Of a DNA stretch of 64,000 bases, positions 27,202 through 37,544 are shown piece after piece (within the stretch, counting starts at the first letter, position 1; each line of letters opens with the position of its first letter). The notes beneath the pieces were generated by a model that saw only the letters and a program-made list of their open reading frames with translations, ran no database searches and was not told the origin of the DNA. A program made the translations under genes and the position numbers. Origin of the DNA: a virus; IMG/VR virus record IMGVR_UViG_3300040801_000524, positions 1 through 64,000 of that record, one strand, 5' to 3'.

Positions 27202-27774
27202 ATGGCAATTCCAGCACTTCCCCCAGTAACAGGATATGACTTTCATTTGGCAGTCGAACACCCCGACTGCTACGTTGGTGTGGCCAACCATGCCGGTGCG
27301 TTTGATGGTTCTTCTGGTCAAAGTCCATTGGCTGGACAAACTCAGTGGACCATCGAAGCGTGGATTCAACAGAATAGCACTACCGATTCAGGGTACATCT
27401 ACGTTGAAGCAATCATGTCTTCTGGTCGCATCTTGGAGTTCAAGACCACCAATGACGGCCGACTTGTCTGCAACTTCCACAACGGTTCTACGTGGGGAAC
27501 CACAATCGTTTCTGTTGACAGATTTCACCCGTTCAAACCAAACCACGTTGCGTGGACCAGAAATGGTAACGTAGGAAAGCTGTACATCAACGGTCGTTTG
27601 TCATACACCGGGGACATGACGCTGACCAACGGTCTGGCTTCAAACGCTGATGGTGTTGCCATTGGTCAAACTGCGCACCTTACCCAAGACCTGAATGGTT
27701 TCCCGGGATACATCGATGATGTGGTGGTGTACAGAACTGCGTTGTCGGATTCGGGACCACGTGATCCCCGATAA
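27202..27774 (+). CDS. single LamG domain protein
   Basis: WTIEAWI...HVAWTR.G...LYING...GYIDDV.VY..ALS. Confidence 0.75.
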   Translation: MAIPALPPVTGYDFHLAVEHPDCYVGVANHAGAFDGSSGQSPLAGQTQWTIEAWIQQNSTTDSGYIYVEAIMSSGRILEFKTTNDGRLVCNFHNGSTWGTTIVSVDRFHPFKPNHVAWTRNGNVGKLYINGRLSYTGDMTLTNGLASNADGVAIGQTAHLTQDLNGFPGYIDDVVVYRTALSDSGPRDPR

Positions 27775-27782
27775 CAAACCCT

Positions 27783-27790
27783 TATAAATA
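27783..27790 (+). promoter_or_regulatory. T4-type late promoter (perfect TATAAATA)
   Basis: exact gp55-recognised consensus upstream of ATG27833. Confidence 0.8.
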
Positions 27791-27832
27791 CTACCTGAAC
27801 AACTACTTGTGAAGAACCATAGGAGATAAACT

Positions 27833-28264
27833 ATGCCGAGTGCAACAACTTCCAACTATCTGTACCAAAAGCAGATGGACTACTTGCTGTCCAACACCGC
27901 TTGGACTGCCCCGGGCACCATTTTCGTAGCCCTTTTCACCACGGTCGCTGGCCTTGACGGTACCGGTGGTGTTGAGGTTTCCAACTCCGGTACTGGCTAC
28001 GGCCGTATTGGCGTTGCTGCCGGTGGCTGGTCTGGCCCGTCTGGTGCGAACCTTGAGTACAACAACACAGCCGACATCCAATTCGGAACACCGACCGCAA
28101 ACTGGGGTACCATCAACGGTGCGGGTCTGTACGACTCAGACATCGGTGGCACCAACAACCTTCTGTTCGTGGCCTACCTGACCACTCCGAAGGTTGTGAA
28201 CAATGGTGACGGTGCACCGAAGATTCTGGCTGGACAGCTTCGTATCACCCGAGCTACCTGTTAA
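27833..28264 (+). CDS. small structural/fibre subunit
   Basis: SNYL...P.T.FVALFT...EVS...GY.R...N...I.F..PTA.WGTI....LYD...G..NLL; AGGAG SD and own late promoter. Confidence 0.7.
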   Translation: MPSATTSNYLYQKQMDYLLSNTAWTAPGTIFVALFTTVAGLDGTGGVEVSNSGTGYGRIGVAAGGWSGPSGANLEYNNTADIQFGTPTANWGTINGAGLYDSDIGGTNNLLFVAYLTTPKVVNNGDGAPKILAGQLRITRATC

Positions 28265-28280
28265 TCTGAGGCCGTAACCT

Positions 28281-30098
28281 ATGGCTGGCCTGAAAGAGAC
28301 AATGTTCTCTGACGGCCCTGTGGCGTTTTGGTCGTTTGACGAAGACTTAGCGGGGTTTGAGGGGAACCAGATTCTTGACGAACTGAACAACGCAAATCCG
28401 TTGGTGATTCATAGTGCCAACACGGATCACTATTTGCTTGAACAGTTGTCTCTGAACGATCTGGAAGTCACCGATCAGCACAGTATTCGTATTGCCCAAA
28501 ACGGGAAGTACGATACTAACTGGTCTGACTATGCAACGTTCTTCGAATGCATTCACACGACTGCATTCGATTTCCCGAATCGTGGTTCTTTCTCAATTGA
28601 GTTCTTGTACTACAAGGACAAACCCGATAACATTCGTGACAACGGAAACCCCGGATGGTACAATAACGTGGTATCACCCCTGATCAAAAAGGGGACCATG
28701 GTGAACATTTACGTCTCCGACAACTGGTCTGGGTCTGATTATCTGTACTTCGACATGTTCAACGCAAGTCGAAGACTGACCGTCCGTCATGATGATTCAC
28801 CGGCTGCCGACCAACCCGAGTACAAAGTCTTCGAGAAGGTCAACCATGTGGTATGCACATACAACGTTGAACAGATCGATGTGAACGAATATCGTTCTAC
28901 CATGAGTCTGTACCTGAACGGCCGTCTGTGGGGGACCAACACCGAAACGCACGTTGACTCATGGCCGAACACCGCTGTGATCGACTCATGGCTTTTGTGT
29001 GGCAACGGGGGTGGAAACCCGGCAAGTGACTTCAACACCGAATTGCTTATTTTTGACCAAGTGGCTGTGTATCCATACGCACTCGACTCTTCACAGGTTA
29101 GCAACCACTATCGCAAAACTAAGCACTACGATCAGATGATCAAGGATGATTATCCGAAGCACTACTGGCGTTTGGATGAATTTCAAGACATCTTCAACCT
29201 GACTCTATACCCTGATGTTGGTGGTGTAGATGGTCGTTACTATGGACAGGTTGACCGTCATGAACCCGGCCCGGAAAAGCTGATTGAAGCACGTTCCGTA
29301 AGGTTTGACCTTGACGCATGTGCCGTTATCGACAGCTATGGAACATACGGCACACCAAACGTCATTCTTGACATCAACCAAGCAACCTACACCTTTGAGT
29401 TCTGGTTCAAGGCCGGTGACTCGAATCGTGGGGTTCTTGCTGCGTGTGTTCAAGAGAATCACCCGTGGAATGGTCTGGTTGTCTGGCTGAACTCGAAAGA
29501 CAATGCCCATTCTCCGGGTAACATCCAAGTAAATGAGAGTCTTTCTCAATACGTCAACTCCGTTGACTTGGACCCGATCACCGGGGACCGTAACAACTGG
29601 AATGACAACAATTGGCACTTGATCAACATCGTCAGAACGGGTAACCGTCTGAAGCTGTATATCGATGGCCAACTTGACTCAGAAGGACAGTTCTCACCGG
29701 TTGATAACGATACACCATCCCAGTTGCATTTGATGGGTATGGCACCGGGTGAATTGAACATCAACGGGCATCTTTCAGAAGTTGTGTGGTATGACTACGC
29801 ACTCCAAGAAATGCAAATTCAACATCGCTGGTTGTTCACCACCCGGTACCGCATTTCTGGATACACCTTGCTTCAGGGTAACCCAATTTCTGCGACTGTT
29901 CGCTTCTACAACCACCTTACCGGTGATCTTATGGGGGAAGTTGAATCCGATTCCATCACCGGGGAGTACACATACGAACCACCGACCAATCGGTATGTGG
30001 ACGTGCTGTCGTTTATCCCCGACAACAAGACCACTCGTTACCGTGTCCATGGACCAGTAAAACCAGCCGAGTATGACGATTCACACCTAATTACCTAA
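28281..30098 (+). CDS. two-LamG-domain virion protein with C-terminal adaptor domain
   Basis: D.P..YW.LDE and LamG motifs twice; C-terminal ISG.TLLQG.P....VRFY.H.TG.L...HGP. Confidence 0.75.
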   Translation: MAGLKETMFSDGPVAFWSFDEDLAGFEGNQILDELNNANPLVIHSANTDHYLLEQLSLNDLEVTDQHSIRIAQNGKYDTNWSDYATFFECIHTTAFDFPNRGSFSIEFLYYKDKPDNIRDNGNPGWYNNVVSPLIKKGTMVNIYVSDNWSGSDYLYFDMFNASRRLTVRHDDSPAADQPEYKVFEKVNHVVCTYNVEQIDVNEYRSTMSLYLNGRLWGTNTETHVDSWPNTAVIDSWLLCGNGGGNPASDFNTELLIFDQVAVYPYALDSSQVSNHYRKTKHYDQMIKDDYPKHYWRLDEFQDIFNLTLYPDVGGVDGRYYGQVDRHEPGPEKLIEARSVRFDLDACAVIDSYGTYGTPNVILDINQATYTFEFWFKAGDSNRGVLAACVQENHPWNGLVVWLNSKDNAHSPGNIQVNESLSQYVNSVDLDPITGDRNNWNDNNWHLINIVRTGNRLKLYIDGQLDSEGQFSPVDNDTPSQLHLMGMAPGELNINGHLSEVVWYDYALQEMQIQHRWLFTTRYRISGYTLLQGNPISATVRFYNHLTGDLMGEVESDSITGEYTYEPPTNRYVDVLSFIPDNKTTRYRVHGPVKPAEYDDSHLIT

Positions 30099-30144
30099 AG
30101 GGGCAAGGACAATGATCCTTCCTATTCAACAAGGAAGCGCATAA

Positions 30145-33100
30145 ATGCCCGCTGGTCTGAATCTCATATTTCCTTTTGATACCGGTGCCAATCAGGACCC
30201 GGCCAACACCTATCCGTTTTCTACGGGTGGTGGCCCGGGTATTCCTGATCCGGAACCCCTTGGCACGCTTGATGCATACCACGGGATCATTGGGGACTAC
30301 AAGTTTTACACCTACACGGACAGGGTGTTTGCGCTGTGTGAGTACAGCACTTCCCAACTTCAGTACAACATCATCGAATTCAATTGGCTTTGCCCGGATG
30401 GCATCTTCTGGGAAGGGGCTTCTGTTGACTTTGATTTGACCGTTTCCGAACACACCAATGTCAACCTGAACCTGTGTGATTCGCCAGACTATCACCTAAC
30501 CATTTTTGAGTTTGAGCAAGCATGTGGTCTTGTCAATCTGGCCGTTGAATCCAGACTTGACTTTGATCTGTGGACATCCGGTCGTCAAACAGGAATCAGA
30601 ATCGATCTTCCTGTTTGCTGTGAGTATGAAGTTCCTGATCCACATCAAATGGACTTCTTCTTGGGTGCGACTGAAGTTCGATACAACATCGAAACCGAGG
30701 GCAACACCCCCTACGATTTCGTCTTCGAAACATCATCTCCGCTGATTCAGGAAACAAACTATCAACTTGATGTTGGTGGCACCCCGAATGCTGATTACTT
30801 CAGCCTTTGTGACACCTATGTCATTGCGGCTTCCGTGTGTGCCGTTGCTGACCTGACAACAGAACCGAGAGACCTTCTTTCAAACGATTTCTGGCTGTGC
30901 CCGACCAGTCCGCAAGTTACCCCACGATTCGAGGGTCTACAAACCCCGATTGAGCCGGACACTGGTGACACCAATCTACCACAATTCTCATTCAGTTCCC
31001 ACTATTGGCTGTATGAGTTCACCCCGAAGGCATGTAACCCGGGCATCTGGCCGATTGCACACCACGACAGTCAGATTGACGTTGAACTGGATGTTGACAA
31101 GCGCACCAATTGGGATTTCCCGATCTGTTCCGAAGACCTGAACCCGGCCCCGGATTACAGCGAGAACCCGAACCACGTCTTCGAGTTCAAACCCGATTAC
31201 ATCTATGAGTGTGGTGCGTTCGAATTCGTCTTCTACCACGGTTCGAACTGCTACATCAACATCCTTGAATCTATCGAAATCGAAGGGGTGTTTGCCTTCC
31301 ATGGGGCATACGCTGACGCTTCTCTGTCTCCGTTCCAGAACTTCTCCGCTGACGCACGTCACGGTGGGTACGGAAACCTTGATTTGACCATTTTCCCATC
31401 CATTGAACTGGATGTTGACTGTTATTATGGTCATTTTGCGGATGCTACCTTGTTCACAGTCGTTGTCTTCTATGACATCGATGGATACCATGGTGGAACC
31501 GGTGCGGCTGATCTGGCAACCTTCGGTCCCCCGACATTCGAGCCGAATGCCTACCACGGTGGCAATGGTGAGTTCGAGATGCTTACCGAGCCGAACATTC
31601 AGGACGTGGAAGGGTACCACGGTTCCTACGGTGACCTTGACTTCACCAGCTTCCCGGCTGCCTTGCTTGAGCCGAATGCGTACCACGGTGGCAACGGTGT
31701 TGTCGATACCATCATCCTGACGCCTCAGTTTGAGCCTGTGGCGTACCACGGGGCATATGGTGATACCGACTTCACTGATGTTCCATCGGCCGGTATAGGG
31801 GATGTGAGAGTCTACCACGGTGGTTACGGTGATGTGACCATGGCCGTTACCTTGGGTCTGCGTGACATCGAGGGATACCACGGTGCGTATGCGGAAGGAA
31901 CGCAACTTTCCTTCTCAACCACCTTCTCCGTGGATTACTACCAAGGTGCCTACGCTGATACCGACTTCACCGAGACCCCACCCCCGACATTCGAACCAAA
32001 TGTGTACCACGGTGGACACGCTGTTCTTGATGACATGGCTGTCACCAAGGCACTGTTCCCACGTGCGTATGCGGGTGCGTATGCGGATGCGGGCCTACAG
32101 GACTTCCCGGCACAAGAACTTCAGATTCCGAACTACCACGGTGGCTATGCGGTTGTTGATGCGTTGACCGAAGATGAATTCAACTTCTTCAACTACCACG
32201 GTGCGTTTGCCGAAGCCGAAATGGCTATTCAGGTGAACTTGGGAGAAACCAACTGCTACCACGGTGCTACTTCCAACCTGAACGATCTGAACTACGAATT
32301 CGTGGCACTGGACATTGATTCGTACCACGGTATCCGTTCGATTGTGACCGCTGTTGGTTTTGAAGTTCCCCCGGGTCCGACCATCTTGGCCAATGCGTAT
32401 GGTGGTGAGGTATTCGAGGCAACAACCGACATCCGTGAACATGCGAAGCTGAAGGTTCGTTTCGTACACGATCTGGCCATGTATGATGGATTTGGTGGAA
32501 TCGGTGGTCTGAACCACTGTTACACAACAGACCTGACCTACTCAAGTCACTATCATCCGAACGATCTTGATGGTCCAGATCACGTGATCCGTTTCGAATA
32601 CCCGATCAATGGGGACCTGAACCAGTACGATTCTGACCTGAACTTCGTCTTTGATGAATTCGGGGATCGTCCATGGAACGTCTGCAACAGTCACCACAAC
32701 AATGGACATATGGCCATTGACCTGTTGACCAACCCACGTTTTGAAGCCGAAGCGTACCACGGTCACGGTACCGAAGTGTTCATGAAGAAGGAACTGACCG
32801 CATTTGGTGAAGTTCCGTTGGACATCCTGTACTCAGAAAACGGTGAAGGTGGTCGCAGAGACCACATTGACACCGGTTTCACCCGTGACTTCTTCGAGCT
32901 TGACATCTACGATGGTGCGGCCGGTGCTGTGTGGTGGGAAGATGATCCGGATTCCATACGTGCGTGGGGTGGATACTCTTGCCAAGTTGAATTCACTCTG
33001 GTACCGCTGGCCTACGAAATCGTCCACGACACCAACCTTGTGGTTGACCTTGGTGTTCCGAAACCGTCTTGGAAGGAGTTCATTCGTGAGTTCATGGACG

Positions 33101-33711
33101 GGGCTGGAATCATCATGGACTTCGAACCGGAAATCTGGTTCCGATTCTGCCCGGGTTACATCGTCCCGGTTGGTAACCAAGTCATTTTGGAATTCGCTTC
33201 GTCTGATAACACAGACTGTGTGGCATGGTACGCCAACGGTGGTGAACGTGCTGAAGCCGATCTTTCATGTGAGTACGGTCTGTCCGTCAACTACTATCAC
33301 GGGTCTTATGCACAAGCAACCGTAACAGTTCAAGCCCTGTGGACCCTGTTCGCCCGTCATGGTGCACATATGGCCATGGCTTCAAACGTGGACTTCTCCG
33401 CAATCTTCCGTCATGGTACTCACATCATCGGTGAGTTCTACGAACCCCCGGTTTATGGTTATGGTGGTGAGGTCATGGAACTGGCTGAACTTGTTGTGAC
33501 CGGTGCGGCTGTCGAGTGGGTCACCCCAGAAGGATGTCTACCGAACGAATACGTTCCGCTGACAGATGGTGGTGACCCCGATCTGGCTGCATTGCTGCCG
33601 GACGAATTTGGTGTGATCTACTACGTATCTGTACCGGTGGAAGGTCTTCCATACTTCACACCGCTGAATGCACAGTGTATCACATTTGCTGAATCCGAGG
33701 GTGGATCATAA
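30145..33711 (+). CDS. large acidic YHG-repeat virion protein
   Basis: about 25-30 copies of a ~24-26 aa unit centred on YHG(A/G)Y; Cys-rich termini. Confidence 0.75.
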   Translation: MPAGLNLIFPFDTGANQDPANTYPFSTGGGPGIPDPEPLGTLDAYHGIIGDYKFYTYTDRVFALCEYSTSQLQYNIIEFNWLCPDGIFWEGASVDFDLTVSEHTNVNLNLCDSPDYHLTIFEFEQACGLVNLAVESRLDFDLWTSGRQTGIRIDLPVCCEYEVPDPHQMDFFLGATEVRYNIETEGNTPYDFVFETSSPLIQETNYQLDVGGTPNADYFSLCDTYVIAASVCAVADLTTEPRDLLSNDFWLCPTSPQVTPRFEGLQTPIEPDTGDTNLPQFSFSSHYWLYEFTPKACNPGIWPIAHHDSQIDVELDVDKRTNWDFPICSEDLNPAPDYSENPNHVFEFKPDYIYECGAFEFVFYHGSNCYINILESIEIEGVFAFHGAYADASLSPFQNFSADARHGGYGNLDLTIFPSIELDVDCYYGHFADATLFTVVVFYDIDGYHGGTGAADLATFGPPTFEPNAYHGGNGEFEMLTEPNIQDVEGYHGSYGDLDFTSFPAALLEPNAYHGGNGVVDTIILTPQFEPVAYHGAYGDTDFTDVPSAGIGDVRVYHGGYGDVTMAVTLGLRDIEGYHGAYAEGTQLSFSTTFSVDYYQGAYADTDFTETPPPTFEPNVYHGGHAVLDDMAVTKALFPRAYAGAYADAGLQDFPAQELQIPNYHGGYAVVDALTEDEFNFFNYHGAFAEAEMAIQVNLGETNCYHGATSNLNDLNYEFVALDIDSYHGIRSIVTAVGFEVPPGPTILANAYGGEVFEATTDIREHAKLKVRFVHDLAMYDGFGGIGGLNHCYTTDLTYSSHYHPNDLDGPDHVIRFEYPINGDLNQYDSDLNFVFDEFGDRPWNVCNSHHNNGHMAIDLLTNPRFEAEAYHGHGTEVFMKKELTAFGEVPLDILYSENGEGGRRDHIDTGFTRDFFELDIYDGAAGAVWWEDDPDSIRAWGGYSCQVEFTLVPLAYEIVHDTNLVVDLGVPKPSWKEFIREFMDGAGIIMDFEPEIWFRFCPGYIVPVGNQVILEFASSDNTDCVAWYANGGERAEADLSCEYGLSVNYYHGSYAQATVTVQALWTLFARHGAHMAMASNVDFSAIFRHGTHIIGEFYEPPVYGYGGEVMELAELVVTGAAVEWVTPEGCLPNEYVPLTDGGDPDLAALLPDEFGVIYYVSVPVEGLPYFTPLNAQCITFAESEGGS

Positions 33712-35039
33712 TGGCTGTCAACTGCTACCAAAAATTGTTGGATGTGGACAACACACCGTTTGTGTATCTGGTACCCAACCAGACGTACAGTGGCACCGTT
33801 TTGAACTCAAACGATGCGGACTACTACCGCTATGAGATGTTCGAGAACGAGACCATGACGTTTGAGATTCGAGTGTTCCCAAGAACCCTACAGCCGATCA
33901 ACATGCAATTGAAGCTGTACAAGGTTGTCGGGGCCACACTGATCGAACTGGGAACTTCGTTCATCAACCAGTTCTACAACCAGTTCGACTATGATGGAAA
34001 CCCGGGTGAGTACCGTTTCTGTCTTCTGACAGACTTCCCGGTGGATTATGACATGCAAGTCCAGTTCACGGACTACCCGTTTACCCTGTTCCCGCAATTG
34101 GAGATGTACCACGGTGCGTACATGCCCCCGTTCGAGTTCGCCAAGAAGGCTTCTACATGTGACAGTGCGGTTTTCTATCAGTTGATCGGTGGTGAACTTC
34201 CACCGGGTCTGTACTTCTCTTCTTCTGGGTACATTTCGGGGATTCCGGGTGAACTTGACTGTGTGACCCCACCAAACTATGAACCATCGTTCACGTTTTT
34301 CGAGTCTTCACCGGAAAATGGAGATTTCGCAAGAATTTCAACATCGTATGACTGGGAGATTACGGTTCGGGCCGCATTGGTGGATTCACCGGCAACATAT
34401 GCCGACCGAAGTTTCAAAATCTGCATTCGCAACAACTGGGATTATGACCGAGATGCCTACATGGCCGGTCTGCCGAATTTCGAGCGCAAGAAGTACACCG
34501 AAGTCAAAGTTGTTGGTGGTCCGTTGAACCCGGAACAAGAAGTTGATCCGTTGTCAATTGACAACTGCCCGTGCCCCGAACCTGAACCGCTGCCGGAACT
34601 GACCCCGCTGGAAATCGAAGAACTGTGTGCCGTCTGCCAGATCAATGAAGAGTTCGCTGGTTTGGTCCAGATAAATAATGGAAGTTGCGTAGTTTGTGAA
34701 GAACCCGAACCAGAAGGTCCTATCCAACTAAGTGAGATCGAACAACCAATCGTATGTGTTCCATGTGAGGAACCGCAAGTGGTGGAAGGTTTGCAACCAA
34801 TTTCGGCTGTCCCGTGCCCATGTGATGTGGAAACCGTGGCAATCGAGGCTGAAGTAACCCGCACTCTGTATGAAGGAACTCCCGACTTCTGTCTGGACAA
34901 CTTCATTTCCGACATGTTCGGAAACAAGGTGTGTGATGGACCCATTACGTGTCCGGTAAGGCTTCCGATCTATCCGGAACAGCCGAAAGACGTTGGAATC
35001 CAACTACCAAATTTCTGTGAACAGGAGTGTGACATCTAA
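33711..35039 (+). CDS. virion protein with PPC-like and He_PIG/Ig-like domains and Cys/Pro/Glu-rich tail
   Basis: D.DYY.Y; GELPPGL.....G.ISG.P; multiple CxC/CxxC in the C-terminal half. Confidence 0.6.
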   Translation: MAVNCYQKLLDVDNTPFVYLVPNQTYSGTVLNSNDADYYRYEMFENETMTFEIRVFPRTLQPINMQLKLYKVVGATLIELGTSFINQFYNQFDYDGNPGEYRFCLLTDFPVDYDMQVQFTDYPFTLFPQLEMYHGAYMPPFEFAKKASTCDSAVFYQLIGGELPPGLYFSSSGYISGIPGELDCVTPPNYEPSFTFFESSPENGDFARISTSYDWEITVRAALVDSPATYADRSFKICIRNNWDYDRDAYMAGLPNFERKKYTEVKVVGGPLNPEQEVDPLSIDNCPCPEPEPLPELTPLEIEELCAVCQINEEFAGLVQINNGSCVVCEEPEPEGPIQLSEIEQPIVCVPCEEPQVVEGLQPISAVPCPCDVETVAIEAEVTRTLYEGTPDFCLDNFISDMFGNKVCDGPITCPVRLPIYPEQPKDVGIQLPNFCEQECDI

Positions 35040-35326
35040 TGCCAGCCGCACATCTCAAGGGGATGATCTGTACAGGACACCATTGCTATCCCCCACGTCC
35101 GAATGTACAGGGGTCCCCAGACGTGTATATTAACGGAATCCCGGAACACCGTCAAGGTGATCTGTGGGCAAAGCACTGTTGTGATTCTTGTCACTCTTCC
35201 GTTCTGGCCAAGGGGGCACCGAACGTCTACGTCAATGGTAAGCAAGCTGCCCGAATCGGGGACCCCGTGGCATGTGGTTCCCGAGCAATGCAAGGTAGCA
35301 ACAACGTATTCATCGGAGATGCCTGA
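35039..35326 (+). CDS. 5.4: PAAR spike tip protein (gp5.4-like)
   Basis: MPAA..G..C.GH...GS.DV.ING...R.GD...AARIGD.V.CGS...GS.NVF.G. Confidence 0.93.
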   Translation: MPAAHLKGMICTGHHCYPPRPNVQGSPDVYINGIPEHRQGDLWAKHCCDSCHSSVLAKGAPNVYVNGKQAARIGDPVACGSRAMQGSNNVFIGDA

Positions 35327-35724
35327 TGCCAACAAAAAAGACAACCAGACTGTACAAGGACGTTGACCTTGACTTCATGGCACACCCGCTGAATGGTGAT
35401 GTGGCAACGAAGACCAATGAGGATGCTGTGAAGCGTTCCATTCGAAACATCGTGCTGTACAACAAGTATGAAAAGCCGTTCATGCCTGATTTTGGCGCAT
35501 CGATCCGTGAGATGTTGTTCGAGAACGTTTCAACGTCTACCGCTATCGGTATTCAGGACAGAATCAAGCACATCATCCAGCAATATGAACCCCGTGCCAA
35601 TGTCATTGAAATCGTTGCGAAACCAGACATAAATAACTCACAATACGAAGTGATTATCGAATTCTCCGTTGTGAACGTGTTGAATCCGATCACGACAACA
35701 ATCTATCTACAGAGAGTCCGTTGA
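35326..35724 (+). CDS. 25: baseplate wedge protein gp25
   Basis: YKD.DL.F..HP...D......DAVKRS.RN.V.....EKPF.P.FG...YEPR. Confidence 0.95.
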   Translation: MPTKKTTRLYKDVDLDFMAHPLNGDVATKTNEDAVKRSIRNIVLYNKYEKPFMPDFGASIREMLFENVSTSTAIGIQDRIKHIIQQYEPRANVIEIVAKPDINNSQYEVIIEFSVVNVLNPITTTIYLQRVR

Positions 35725-37544
35725 TGGCCAACACCAACCTACAAGTACAAGACCTTGACTTCAACACTGTTCGTGAACAGTTGATTGAGTACCTTCGTGG
35801 AAAACCGGAATTCACAGATTATGACTTTGAAGGGTCTTCTCTGACGGTTCTTATGGACCTTCTGGCTTACAACACCCACTACATGGGATTCTATGCTCAC
35901 ATGCTGGCCAACGAAGCGTTCGTTGACTCAGCACAGCAAAAATCTTCCATGGTCTCAAAGGCCAAGTTGCTGAACTACGTTCCGAAGTCCAAAAAGGCTT
36001 CCGAAGCTGTGGTTACGTTCACCGCAAACATCAATGCCGGGAACGAACCTGATGACCGAAAGATCGTTCTGGAACGTGGATCAACCATCCTGTCGAACAA
36101 CAACCTGTCAGACTCCCGCAAGTTCGTGATTGTGGATGATGTGGTGATCTACAACACCGCACTGACTACCGGGGTGTATGAATACGAATCTGATGAAATT
36201 CTGATCTACGAAGGTTCGTTCGAGGAAGAACGTTTCATTCGTGACAATTCTCTGACCAATCAGCGTTTCGTCATCACCAACCGAGACATCGACATCAACA
36301 CCTTGCGTGTGAACGTGTACGATACCCGTGGATCGACCGAATTCACAACATTCAAGCTGGCCAACGATTTCGCAAACATCGATGGAGAGACACCCGTTTT
36401 CTTCCTATCGGTGAACGAAGATGACTATTACGAAGTTTTCTTTGGTAATGGGGTGTACGGCAAGGCCGTAGAACACAACAACCTGATCAGTTGTACCTTC
36501 GTGGCAACTTCAGGGGAATTGGGTAACAACGCAAAAGCGTTCACATTTGGGGGTGATTACACTTACAACGGTAATCCGTACACCATTGACATTACAACCG
36601 TGGCCCCGGCCGAAGGGGGCATGGAAGCCGAAGGGATTGAAGACCTACGCTTCAACATCCCATATCACTACCGTAGACAAAACCGTGCTGTCACCGTGGA
36701 CGACTACAAGAACATCCTGTTGTCTGAGTACCGCAACATCAACAGCATCAACGTGTGGGGTGGAGAAGACAACGATCCCCCGGCCTACGGTAAGGTGTTT
36801 GTCTGTATCAAACCGCTGTTCGGTGAGTCCCTTTCATCCAAAGCGAAAGAGAACATCATCAACAACATCCTGAAGAAACACAACATTGTGACCGTGGACA
36901 TCGAAATCGTTGACCCGGAATATCTGTATGTGGATTTGGGTGTAACGATTCGTTACAACCCGGTGAACACCGATGTGTCAACCGGTCAGATTCAAACTCT
37001 GGCCAGTGCCGCAATCGATGACTACAACACCAATGTTCTGAACCGATTTGGTGGATTCTACTCCGATGTGGAACTCAACAGCCGTGTTCGAAACGCCAAC
37101 AAGTCCATTCTGACAAGCTACACCGAGATCACTTTGGAGAAGCGTTTTACCCCGGCCCTGAATGCGTTGGAAACCTACTACATCGAATTCCTGAATCAAC
37201 TGATTCCGGGTACCGTTGTATCCGATGAATTCCAGTTCCGTCTGAAGCGTTCGTACTTCAAAGATGACGGCCAAGGCAACCTTGTTGTCTACTGGTACAA
37301 CGATCTGAAATCAGCATTCGAGGTTTACCCCAATGAAACATTTGGTTCCGTGGATTACACGTCTGGTCAAGTCCGCTTGTCTGGCCTTCAGATTGGAAAT
37401 CTCTACACCACTGACGGTCTACTCAAAGTCTTTGCTGGTCCAGAATTCCCAGACTTTTTCACCAAGCGCAACAACATTGTGGTCATCGATGATGTTCAAA
37501 TCAATGTAATCCAAGACCACGAAAACGAGAATCAGAAAGGCTAA
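35724..37544 (+). CDS. 6: baseplate wedge protein gp6
   Basis: LDF......L..YL....EFTDYDFEGS.L..L.DLLAYNT.Y...QNRAVT..DY...WGGE...P.YGKVF. Confidence 0.95.
   Translation: MANTNLQVQDLDFNTVREQLIEYLRGKPEFTDYDFEGSSLTVLMDLLAYNTHYMGFYAHMLANEAFVDSAQQKSSMVSKAKLLNYVPKSKKASEAVVTFTANINAGNEPDDRKIVLERGSTILSNNNLSDSRKFVIVDDVVIYNTALTTGVYEYESDEILIYEGSFEEERFIRDNSLTNQRFVITNRDIDINTLRVNVYDTRGSTEFTTFKLANDFANIDGETPVFFLSVNEDDYYEVFFGNGVYGKAVEHNNLISCTFVATSGELGNNAKAFTFGGDYTYNGNPYTIDITTVAPAEGGMEAEGIEDLRFNIPYHYRRQNRAVTVDDYKNILLSEYRNINSINVWGGEDNDPPAYGKVFVCIKPLFGESLSSKAKENIINNILKKHNIVTVDIEIVDPEYLYVDLGVTIRYNPVNTDVSTGQIQTLASAAIDDYNTNVLNRFGGFYSDVELNSRVRNANKSILTSYTEITLEKRFTPALNALETYYIEFLNQLIPGTVVSDEFQFRLKRSYFKDDGQGNLVVYWYNDLKSAFEVYPNETFGSVDYTSGQVRLSGLQIGNLYTTDGLLKVFAGPEFPDFFTKRNNIVVIDDVQINVIQDHENENQKG

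Noticed and set aside
27202-27774. Truncated or frameshifted LamG pseudogene
   Set aside because: It ends abruptly after the last LamG motif, but no continuation is evident in other frames and the domain looks essentially complete
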